A stretch of DNA of 64,000 nt from Elusimicrobiota bacterium (GCA_017525905.1 JAFXSD010000007.1:3531-67530); one strand, 5' to 3'; shown: positions 9,406 to 18,060, numbered from the stretch's first letter. The notes: generated by a model not told the origin, from the sequence alone. Numbers and translations: made by a program.

Positions 9406-11322
9406 ATGTCAAAGTTGATAGCATTTGTCGGTAATCCTAATGTCGGCAAATCCGTAATATTTAATAAACTTACAGGTCAGTATGCTGTTGTTTCAAATTA
9501 TGCAGGTACCACGGTTGATGTTACAAGAGGAAATATTACAATAGGTAACGAGCAATACCAAGTTGTTGATACTCCCGGCACATACTCTCTAATGCCGTTA
9601 TCGGAAGACGAGCAGGTTACAAGAGATTTAATAATAAAAGAAAAACCTAACATTATAGTGCAAGTTTGCGATATGAAAAATATTGAAAGGTCGTTACACT
9701 TGTTCTGTGAACTTGCATTGTTCAAAATTCCTATGGTATTGGTTTTAAATATGCGGGATGAAGCTATTCAGTCCGGAATCAGAATAAATGTAAAAAAGCT
9801 AACTGAAATTTTAGGTGTTCCGATAACCTGTTGTACGGCAACAACCGGTGACGGTGTAAGCGATATTTTAAAAATTATTCCTCAAGCAACAGTAAGTAAC
9901 TTAAACATTGAATATAAAAACAATAAAGATATTTTAACGGTGGAAAATATTTTAAAAGATAAATCTTCGATATCAAAAGTATTATCGGTATATTTGTTGT
10001 CCGGTGATAAAGATATTAAACAGTATGTCCCGCAAAAGTTGCAGGAGAAAGTTTTTAAGTTGGTATCTGATACTGTTAAAGATGAATACAAAATGTTTGC
10101 CGCACAAATATTTCATGATAACAACGAAACAATATTAAATATCGTTTCTAAAGTAAAAACAATAAAACACAGGAAACATAAAAGTATTATGGAAAAGATT
10201 GGCAACATTTGTTTGCAACCCTTTTGGGGAACGATAATAATGTTGTTCATCATTTTTATAATGTACGAATTTATCGGAGTGTTTGTTGCGGGTTTTGTTG
10301 TAGATTGGATACAAACAAAAGTGTTTGAAGAATTGATAAATCCGTTTATTGCAAATTGTTTCGATTATCTTGGAACCGGACCGGTTGTAAATTTCATAAA
10401 AGATCTGTTTGTCGGTCAGTACGGAATTTTTACAATGGCAATACCGTACGCTTTTGCAATAATATTCCCTATAGTTATTGCATTCTTTTCTTTTTTCGGG
10501 ATATTGGAAGATTCCGGTTATTTACCGAGATTATCTGTAATACTTAACAGATTGTTTTCGCTTGTAGGTTTAAACGGAAAAGCCGTTCTTCCCATGGTGT
10601 TGGGGGTGGGATGCGGAACTATGGCGGTGTTAAGTTCAAGAATACTCGAAACAAAAAAAGAAAGAATGATAGTTGTAATTTTGTTATCTCTTTCAATACC
10701 GTGTTCGGCACAATTGGGAATTATTCTTGCAATGTTGTCGTCGGTATCCTATAAAGCGACAATAGTCTGGTTATTGTGTATATTGTTTTCACTTTTCCTG
10801 GTGGGAAAGGTTTTAGATTTTTATGTTAAAGGCGAGTCTACAAACTTTATTATAGAAATTCCCAAAATGAGAATACCATCCGTAATAAACATTTTATCTA
10901 AAGTGAAAATGAGACTTGTTTGGTACATGAAAGAGGTAGTTCCTTTATTTATTTTGGCTACGGTCGGCTTGTTTTTTATGGACAAAATTCATTTGCTTAC
11001 AATACTTGAAAAATGGTTTTCTCCGATAGTGGTAAAATTTTTAGGGTTGCCTGTAGAAACAACAAGCACATTTATTATGGGCTTTTTAAGAAGAGATTAC
11101 GGAGCATCAGGAATTTATACTTTGGCACAAGACGGACTTTTGTCGGGAACACAAATTTTGGTTAGTGCGGTAGTTATAACTTTGTTTGTTCCTTGTCTTG
11201 CACAAAGTTTGATGGTAATAAAAGAGCATGGAATAAAAATTGCTTCAATAGTTTTTATAGCGATAACGACTTATGCAATTTTATTTGGAGGAACATTAAG
11301 ATTTATTATTTCATTTTTTTAA
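9406..11322 (+). CDS. feoB: Ferrous iron transporter FeoB
   Basis: The N-terminal G domain has GNPNVGKS and DTPG, followed by a polytopic membrane domain. The length is 638 aa. No separate feoA gene is adjacent. Confidence 0.95.
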   Translation: MSKLIAFVGNPNVGKSVIFNKLTGQYAVVSNYAGTTVDVTRGNITIGNEQYQVVDTPGTYSLMPLSEDEQVTRDLIIKEKPNIIVQVCDMKNIERSLHLFCELALFKIPMVLVLNMRDEAIQSGIRINVKKLTEILGVPITCCTATTGDGVSDILKIIPQATVSNLNIEYKNNKDILTVENILKDKSSISKVLSVYLLSGDKDIKQYVPQKLQEKVFKLVSDTVKDEYKMFAAQIFHDNNETILNIVSKVKTIKHRKHKSIMEKIGNICLQPFWGTIIMLFIIFIMYEFIGVFVAGFVVDWIQTKVFEELINPFIANCFDYLGTGPVVNFIKDLFVGQYGIFTMAIPYAFAIIFPIVIAFFSFFGILEDSGYLPRLSVILNRLFSLVGLNGKAVLPMVLGVGCGTMAVLSSRILETKKERMIVVILLSLSIPCSAQLGIILAMLSSVSYKATIVWLLCILFSLFLVGKVLDFYVKGESTNFIIEIPKMRIPSVINILSKVKMRLVWYMKEVVPLFILATVGLFFMDKIHLLTILEKWFSPIVVKFLGLPVETTSTFIMGFLRRDYGASGIYTLAQDGLLSGTQILVSAVVITLFVPCLAQSLMVIKEHGIKIASIVFIAITTYAILFGGTLRFIISFF

Positions 11323-11345
11323 AAAAATGAAATAATAATATAACG

Positions 11346-11462
11346 ATTTGCAATTTCTAACTACGACTTTGTATTTTTAAAATTTATGTACTCTTTCGCT
11401 CCGCTATATTTTTAGTACACCGCATTTTAAAAATACTTCGTCTCGTTTAAGAACTTGCAAAT
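11346..11462. repeat. Long imperfect palindrome (about 117 bp) at the left edge of the AT-rich island
   Basis: The arms at 11346-11383 and 11424-11462 are reverse-complementary with a few mismatches (ATTTGCAA...GTATTTTTAAAAT). An inner TGTACT/AGTACA pair flanks the core CTTTCGCTCCGC. Confidence 0.7.
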
Positions 11463-11507
11463 TTAAAGGCAACAATACAAAGAAAAGTTTAGGAGTCTGT
11501 TGTTTGT

Positions 11508-13142
11508 ATGAAAATAAAAGAAATTAGAATCAATAATTTTAAACGCTTTACGGATCTAACAATAACGGGGATTCCAGAAACTGCAAAGCTTGTAGTATTA
11601 GTTGGTCCAAATGGGTGTGGAAAAACTTCATTGTTTGAAGCATTTAATGTATGGTATCAAATTAAAGGCTTTAGTATGCTAGGTACTCACGATTATCAAT
11701 ACTATATAAAAAAATCTAATTATAATAATATTCAAGATAAGACATCAGTATTCTTTTTTGATGATATCAACAAAATAATTAAATTAATTTATTATGGATC
11801 AAGTTTAAGTAAGGGACAAATTTGTAGAAGTTTTTATTTTAGATCTGCATATAGAAATGAATCGAATTTTGTAATATCAAATTTAAGTAAACAAAAAAAT
11901 CCTATAAACGATATGGAAATAAATCGTAAAACTCTAATAACTACAGATGCTATTGTATCAGAAAATTATCATCGTTTAATTTCTTCGATTATATCAAGTT
12001 TATTTATAAAAGAAAATAATGATAGAACTGTTGAAGAATTAAGAAAAGAATTAATAGAAAAAATTCAAATTTCAATACATAATGTCTTTGAAGATTTGGA
12101 ATTATCATCATTGGGTGAACCATTGGAAAATGGTTCTTTTTATTTTACGAAGGGAAACTCAAAAAATTTTATTTATGCTAATTTATCAGCTGGAGAAAAA
12201 TCAGCTTTTGATCTAATATTAGATTTAATCATAAAATCTAGTTATTTTACAGATACAGTTTTTTGTATTGATGAACCGGAATCTCATATGCATACAATAT
12301 TACAATCAAAATTATTGAAGGAATTGTATTCTTTAATTTCTAAAAATTCCCAGCTTTGGATTTCTACTCATTCTATGGGAATGTTGAAAAAAGCAAAAGA
12401 ACTTGAAGAAGAAAATCCTGGGACTGTAGTTTTTTTGGATTTTGAAAATAGAGATTTTGATAACAAAGTTGTTATGACTCCTTCAAGAATTGATTCAACT
12501 ATGTGGAAACGATTTTTAGATTTAGCTCTTGGTGATCTATCAAAGCTTATTGCTCCAAAAATAGTTGTATTTTGTGAAGGAAATACAAATGGAAGAAAAT
12601 ATAAAGATTTTGATGCTCAAATATATACAAAAATATTTAATAGTAAATATCCGGATGTTAGTTTTGTTTCTGTTGGTTCATGCTCTGAAATTGAGAATGA
12701 AGAAAATATTAGTATGAAAATAATTTCTCAAACTTTAAGTAATTCTAAAAAAATTAAACTTGTTGATAGAGATGATATGAATGATAATGAAATAGAAGAA
12801 CTAAAAAATCAAGATATAAAAGTTCTGTCTAAAAGGCATATAGAATCTTATTTGTTAGATGATGAAATATTGAAGCTTCTATGTGAGAAAGAAAATAAAT
12901 CGGATAAATATGATGAGATTATATCTATAAAAAAAGCAAAATTAGAAGATTCTATTTCAAGAGGAAATCCAAAAGATGATATAAAATCTGCGAGTGGTGA
13001 CATTTATGTTGAGATAAAGAAAATATTACAACTATCGCATAGTGGAAATACCAAAGATGCATTTTTTAGAGACACATTAGCACCTCTAATTACGCCAGAA
13101 ACACAAGTTTATAAAGAATTAGAAAAAGATATATTTGAATAA
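11508..13142 (+). CDS. OLD-family-like protein: ABC/SMC-type ATPase fused to a Toprim/DUF4435-like C-terminal domain (GajA/PARIS-like)
   Basis: ATPase motifs are Walker A GPNGCGKTS, signature-like LSAGEKSAF, Walker B FCIDEPESHMH and H-loop ISTHS. The C-terminal part has VVFCEGNT (Toprim Glu), LVDRDD (DxD) and HIESYLL. Confidence 0.65.
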   Translation: MKIKEIRINNFKRFTDLTITGIPETAKLVVLVGPNGCGKTSLFEAFNVWYQIKGFSMLGTHDYQYYIKKSNYNNIQDKTSVFFFDDINKIIKLIYYGSSLSKGQICRSFYFRSAYRNESNFVISNLSKQKNPINDMEINRKTLITTDAIVSENYHRLISSIISSLFIKENNDRTVEELRKELIEKIQISIHNVFEDLELSSLGEPLENGSFYFTKGNSKNFIYANLSAGEKSAFDLILDLIIKSSYFTDTVFCIDEPESHMHTILQSKLLKELYSLISKNSQLWISTHSMGMLKKAKELEEENPGTVVFLDFENRDFDNKVVMTPSRIDSTMWKRFLDLALGDLSKLIAPKIVVFCEGNTNGRKYKDFDAQIYTKIFNSKYPDVSFVSVGSCSEIENEENISMKIISQTLSNSKKIKLVDRDDMNDNEIEELKNQDIKVLSKRHIESYLLDDEILKLLCEKENKSDKYDEIISIKKAKLEDSISRGNPKDDIKSASGDIYVEIKKILQLSHSGNTKDAFFRDTLAPLITPETQVYKELEKDIFE

Positions 13143-13234
13143 TATAAAAAAGGTGTTACTTAAAAAATTTGATAGCTAAAAGAAAAAATTGTTATTTGAA
13201 TTAAGATGGTGAGATAAAGGTATAAAACAAAAAT

Positions 13235-13263
13235 TTGACAAAATATACAGATGTATGTATAAT
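13235..13263 (+). promoter_or_regulatory. Consensus sigma70-type promoter (TTGACA-17 nt-TATAAT) directly upstream of the methyltransferase ATG
   Basis: TTGACA lies at 13235-13240, the spacer is 17 nt, and TATAAT lies at 13258-13263. The first in-frame ATG at 13271 is only 7 nt downstream. Confidence 0.5.
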
Positions 13264-13270
13264 AATATCT

Positions 13271-14866
13271 ATGTTAAACAATATATATTTATCAATTAAA
13301 GAAGCAAGTAACTGGGCAAGTAATTATTTAGGAAAAGAAGTAACTATTTCTAATATTTCTTATCTTATTCAATATGGAAGAATAAGAAAAATAGGGCATA
13401 ACGGTTCAACACAGATTTTAAAGTCAGATTTAGAAAGATATTATAAAAGTATAAACAAATCAAAAGAAATTGCTTGGAAAGAGAAATTAGGACAAGATTT
13501 AAATTGGAATTTATCTTTTGATAATTTAAAAGAAAAAGATACAACTAAACATGTTCATAGACTTCACCCTTACAAAGGAAAATTTATACCTCAACTAGTT
13601 GAATATTTTTTAGATGCACATACCGATAACTTTAAAAAAGAACAATATTTTTATAAGAATGATATAATTTTAGATCCATTTTGTGGTAGTGGAACTACTC
13701 TCGTTCAAGCAAATGAACTTGGTATTCATGCCATAGGAATAGATATCTCATCTTTTAATTCTTTTATTTCAAATTGTAAAATAAACGAATATTATATTGG
13801 CGAAATGGAAAAAATTATAAAAGATATTACTGACAAATTTGAAATAAAAGTAAATCAGTCAAATATTATAAACTTTGAAAATGAACTTATTGACCAATTA
13901 AATATTTTTAATAATAAATATTTTCCTGTGCCTGAATATAAATATAAATTAAGACAAAATTTAATAGATGAATATAAATATGGAAAGGAAAAAGAAAAGT
14001 TATTTTTATCCATTTATAGAAAATTAATCTCAAAATACAATGTTGATTTACTTAAAGAAAAGCCGAAAACTTTTTTGGAAAAATGGTATTTTAAAAATGT
14101 TTTAAATGAAATGAATTTTATATTTCAAGAAATTGAAAAAATAAAAAATCAAAATTCGAAAAAAATTGTAAGTTTAATTTTGAGTAGAACTATTCGTTCT
14201 TGCAGAGCAACAACACATTCTGATTTGGCAACACTTTTAGAACCTGTTAATACAACTTATTATTGTCATAAACATGGTAAAATTTGTAAGCCAATTTTTT
14301 CAATTTTAAAATGGTGGAAAACATATTCAAAAGATACAGTAAAAAGATTAAAAGAATTTTCAAACTTAAGAACTAATACTTATCAATATTGTTTAACTGG
14401 TGATAGTTCTAATATAAATATTGTTAAAGAAATTTCAAAACAAAATAAAAATTTAGGTGAAATTTTAAAAAATAGAAAAATTGACGGAATTTTCTCAAGC
14501 CCACCTTATGTCGGTCTTATTGATTACCACGAACAACATGCATATGCCTATGATTTATTCGGCTTCAAAAGAAATGATAATTTAGAAATAGGTTCTTTGT
14601 CAAAAGGACATACAAAACAAGCTCAAAAAGATTATATAAAGGGAATTTCAGCGGTTTTAAATAATTGTAAAAAATATTTAAAAAAAGATTATAATGTGTT
14701 TTTAGTTGCAAACGATAAATATAACTTATATCCGAAAATTGCAGAACTTGCCGGAATGAAAATAGTAAATCAATTTAAAAGACCAGTTTTAAATAGAACA
14801 GAAAAAGATAAAAATGCTTATGCTGAAATTATTTTTCATTTGAGGGAACAATATGATGGACAATGA
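13271..14866 (+). CDS. DNA methyltransferase (N4-cytosine or N6-adenine, alpha-class motif order) with an N-terminal HTH-like segment
   Basis: Motif I is DPFCGSGTTLVQANELG. About 270 aa later comes motif IV, FSSPPYVGLIDY. The N-terminus LSIKEASNWASNYLGKEVTISNISYLIQYGRI resembles an HTH. The listed ORF starts at the TTG at 13235, which I read as the -35 box. Confidence 0.8.
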   Translation: MLNNIYLSIKEASNWASNYLGKEVTISNISYLIQYGRIRKIGHNGSTQILKSDLERYYKSINKSKEIAWKEKLGQDLNWNLSFDNLKEKDTTKHVHRLHPYKGKFIPQLVEYFLDAHTDNFKKEQYFYKNDIILDPFCGSGTTLVQANELGIHAIGIDISSFNSFISNCKINEYYIGEMEKIIKDITDKFEIKVNQSNIINFENELIDQLNIFNNKYFPVPEYKYKLRQNLIDEYKYGKEKEKLFLSIYRKLISKYNVDLLKEKPKTFLEKWYFKNVLNEMNFIFQEIEKIKNQNSKKIVSLILSRTIRSCRATTHSDLATLLEPVNTTYYCHKHGKICKPIFSILKWWKTYSKDTVKRLKEFSNLRTNTYQYCLTGDSSNINIVKEISKQNKNLGEILKNRKIDGIFSSPPYVGLIDYHEQHAYAYDLFGFKRNDNLEIGSLSKGHTKQAQKDYIKGISAVLNNCKKYLKKDYNVFLVANDKYNLYPKIAELAGMKIVNQFKRPVLNRTEKDKNAYAEIIFHLREQYDGQ

Positions 14867-16919
14867 GAATAATATATTTAGATTAGCAGCTGTATTGTAT
14901 GCAGATAGTAACTATGATGGAATTAGCACTTTAGGTATCCGTAAAAAAATAATTGAATCTGTTTTTATAGAAAATTTAAAAAAAGAAATATCTATTCATG
15001 AAATTATTGATTTTATTGAATTAAATTATAATTTAATTTTTAGCGAACAAGACGTTAATTCTGTGTTGAAAAAATATAGTAGTGATTTTTATACTAGCAA
15101 AAAAGATAATATCTTATTTATTTCAATTCCACAAAAAAGGAAAAACAATATTCTCAATAAAATAAATAATAATATTGATTATTTTATTGATATTTTTATA
15201 AAAGACAACAAAAATAAATATATTGATATAGATATTAAGGATGTAATTTATAAATTTTTATATAATGTTTTCACTACCAATATCAATAGTTTTCAAAAAT
15301 TAATTACAAGTAAAAAAAACACAGAACTTAATAATAATTATAATTGTAAAGATAGCGAAAAAATTTTGATAAATAATTTTTTAGATTGGGATAATGATGA
15401 TAAAAATAAGGCTATATTTGATATCGCAAGTTATGCTTTAGAGTACTGCTTTTTAACAAACAAAAAAGATTCTAATGCATTAAAACTATCTAGTTTAAAT
15501 AATAAACAATTTTATATTGATACAAATATAATATATAGAGCGTTAGGTATTAATGGTGTTGATAGGCAAAAAAGATGTATAACTTTTTTACAAAAATTTA
15601 ATGAATGTAAAAATAAATTAATAATTTCAAAGCACACAGATAAAGAATTTAAAAGCACAATAGATTTTCACATAAAACGAATTCAAAACTCATTAACTAC
15701 TAAAATAAATTCAAAAGTATTTAGAAATTATAAAAAATTCAAATATAATTATGTAAAAAATGATATTTTTACATTTTATCATGAATGGAGAATTAACAAA
15801 AACAATACAAATTTAAATATATTTCACATTCATTTACTTTCTTTATATGATAACCTAAAAAAACAGTTTAATATATCAATAGATAATGATATTTTGAATG
15901 ATAAACAATTATATATCAAACAAAATATATTAAATAATTATGTAGAAGAGATTTCAAATATAAAATCTACTGAAAGAGATGATTATGGTGATGTTAAACC
16001 TGATGCTCAAAATATTTTATTAATAGAAGAAAAAAGAAAAAGTAATAAAGATAATATTTTTAACACTATATATTTTTTAATTTCTGCTGATAAACTTTTA
16101 CAAAAATGGGACTCAAATAGAGCTTATAAAAATGATGTTACTCCTATTGTATTATTGCCAAGTCAATGGTTAAGTATTATTTTAAGATATATAAATCGTA
16201 GCAAAGATGATTTTAAAAGCTTTGTCGCTTTTTTAAATTTAAAGATGAATGATAATGTGATAACAGGAGAACAATTTCAGGCAATTTTAGCTGGTGTCAG
16301 TGAAGTAACTACTAATATAGAACAACAGACTACTTTTGTAAAAAATTTTATAGATAATGATTTCAAAAAACAAAGAATTGAACCTGAAAATATTAAAGAA
16401 ACTGCCAAGTTGTATGCAAAAAAAGAACTTGAAAAAGAGAACGAAATATTAAAATCAAATTACGAAGAAGTAATGAAAGAAAATAAAAAACTAAAATTAA
16501 ATGAAAATAAAAATATTGAGATAAATCAAAAACAAAAAACTATAAATATGAAATTAATAAAAGATAATGTGAGTAAAGATCTGTTAAATTGGAAGATTAG
16601 AGGTGTTGTTTTCTCAATACTGGTTATTCTTTTTTGTGTTACGTCAATAGTATTGTTATTTTATTTTCGAGATTGGAAATATAATTATATTTATAGTTTT
16701 AGTGATTACTTAAATAAATTATGTAGAAACAGTGTAATTATTGATAAATTAATAGATATGATATTAACAGCTTTGTTTGCTGTACCAATGTTGTCTTTAA
16801 AAAATTTATTTTGGTGTCGTTTATTTAATAAAAAATTTATTAAGCAAAAGATGCAAGAATTAGAACAAAATTATAATGATAAATATAATATAGTTAATAA
16901 AAAATCAAAATTAATATAA
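14853..16919 (+). CDS. Uncharacterised 688-aa protein: N-terminal wHTH-like region, PIN-like core, coiled coil, and two C-terminal transmembrane helices
   Basis: It overlaps the methyltransferase gene by 14 nt. PIN-like elements are FYIDTNIIYRALG and a later YFLISADKLL. The coiled coil is ELEKENEILKSNYEEVMKENKKLK. The TM helices are GVVFSILVILFCVTSIVLLFYF and ILTALFAVPMLSL. Confidence 0.6.
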   Translation: MMDNENNIFRLAAVLYADSNYDGISTLGIRKKIIESVFIENLKKEISIHEIIDFIELNYNLIFSEQDVNSVLKKYSSDFYTSKKDNILFISIPQKRKNNILNKINNNIDYFIDIFIKDNKNKYIDIDIKDVIYKFLYNVFTTNINSFQKLITSKKNTELNNNYNCKDSEKILINNFLDWDNDDKNKAIFDIASYALEYCFLTNKKDSNALKLSSLNNKQFYIDTNIIYRALGINGVDRQKRCITFLQKFNECKNKLIISKHTDKEFKSTIDFHIKRIQNSLTTKINSKVFRNYKKFKYNYVKNDIFTFYHEWRINKNNTNLNIFHIHLLSLYDNLKKQFNISIDNDILNDKQLYIKQNILNNYVEEISNIKSTERDDYGDVKPDAQNILLIEEKRKSNKDNIFNTIYFLISADKLLQKWDSNRAYKNDVTPIVLLPSQWLSIILRYINRSKDDFKSFVAFLNLKMNDNVITGEQFQAILAGVSEVTTNIEQQTTFVKNFIDNDFKKQRIEPENIKETAKLYAKKELEKENEILKSNYEEVMKENKKLKLNENKNIEINQKQKTINMKLIKDNVSKDLLNWKIRGVVFSILVILFCVTSIVLLFYFRDWKYNYIYSFSDYLNKLCRNSVIIDKLIDMILTALFAVPMLSLKNLFWCRLFNKKFIKQKMQELEQNYNDKYNIVNKKSKLI

Positions 16920-16931
16920 TTTGAGGTTTTT

Positions 16932-17966
16932 ATGAATAAAGAACAAAAACAAGCCATTGCATTTGTGGTTATTGAAATACTTAAGTCTAGATTTGATTCT
17001 TTTCCAAATACAGCAACAATTTCAAGAAATGCTCCTTTTCATAAAGCTTTTTTGCAAGCTTTTTCTAAAAACTTTGAAGCTTTAAATTTAAATATGGATG
17101 CATCTATAACTATAAGTTCATGGATTCACGGATTGAATACAACATTAGGTCAATCTTTTTTTGAAAAGACAGCACAAATTGTTTCTGGTGGACAAAAAAG
17201 AGCATTTAAAGATCGAAAAATATATTCTAATCAAGTAAACACAATATCAAATATCATGATTGATCTTAAAAATGGTACACAAAAACCAAATGTAGCAAGA
17301 GAAGAAAGCTTACTTATGAATAATTCGAATGGAAATTTAACAGTTGCTCAAAATTTTGTAGCAGATTGTATTTTTGAAGAAAAAGATAGAATTGTTGTTA
17401 TAGAGTTAAAATCTGTTCGTCCGAATTCAGGTCAAATACACGATGAAAAACAAAAAATTCTTTCAGCAAAAGCAGTATTAAAACAATTATATCCAAATAA
17501 AATAATTTCTTATTATTTTGGTTTTCCATTTGATCCTTTGTCTGATACAGAAACAGGTTGTGACAAACAGAGATTTATGAATAGTGTTATTGAATTTTCT
17601 AAGTTTTGTGATGCAAAAGAAATTTTAATATCAAGTGAATTATGGGATTTTCTATCTGGACAAGAACATACTATGGAGGATATATTAAAAATTATTAGAG
17701 ATATTTCTACTGTTGATTTTAATGATAAATTTGATTTTATTTCATCCCATAATTATTTAAATAATGTCGAGAGATATAGAGACGTTGTATTAAGTTGGAA
17801 TATTTATAACGAAATTGAAATAATTAATAACTTTGAAAACTTGTTAACATTAAGTAATACAAACAAAACAGTTGATAGAAATATTCATTCAAGTCCATTT
17901 AATCAAGATGGAACTTATAATATACGAAGATATAATAATTTAAAAAAATTTATTACTATAAATTAA
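16932..17966 (+). CDS. Type II restriction endonuclease, PD-(D/E)XK fold, tentatively TdeIII-like
   Basis: It has a D...ExK signature (ADCIFEEKDRIVVIELKS). The N-terminal PFHKAFL...HGLNTTLGQSFFE resembles what I recall of the TdeIII family. It lies in the same operon as a methyltransferase. Confidence 0.55.
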   Translation: MNKEQKQAIAFVVIEILKSRFDSFPNTATISRNAPFHKAFLQAFSKNFEALNLNMDASITISSWIHGLNTTLGQSFFEKTAQIVSGGQKRAFKDRKIYSNQVNTISNIMIDLKNGTQKPNVAREESLLMNNSNGNLTVAQNFVADCIFEEKDRIVVIELKSVRPNSGQIHDEKQKILSAKAVLKQLYPNKIISYYFGFPFDPLSDTETGCDKQRFMNSVIEFSKFCDAKEILISSELWDFLSGQEHTMEDILKIIRDISTVDFNDKFDFISSHNYLNNVERYRDVVLSWNIYNEIEIINNFENLLTLSNTNKTVDRNIHSSPFNQDGTYNIRRYNNLKKFITIN

Positions 17967-18060
17967 AAATTTTAAAATAATTATAGTTAAATTTACAAGT
18001 TTATATTCTGTTTTACAATTTGTTAAATTTTTACAATATTTTCAAAGAATTTTAAAAAAA

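Noticed and set aside
11508-13142. Calling the ATPase-Toprim gene a canonical Gabija (GajA) system
   Set aside because: No UvrD-like GajB helicase gene is adjacent, because the next gene is a methyltransferase. The call is kept generic as an OLD-family-like protein.
11323-18060. Calling the island a prophage, integrative element or transposon
   Set aside because: I found no integrase, recombinase, transposase, phage structural gene or clear direct-repeat att sites. Only a palindrome lies at the left edge and AT-rich motifs at the right. It is safer to call it a genomic island of unknown mobility.
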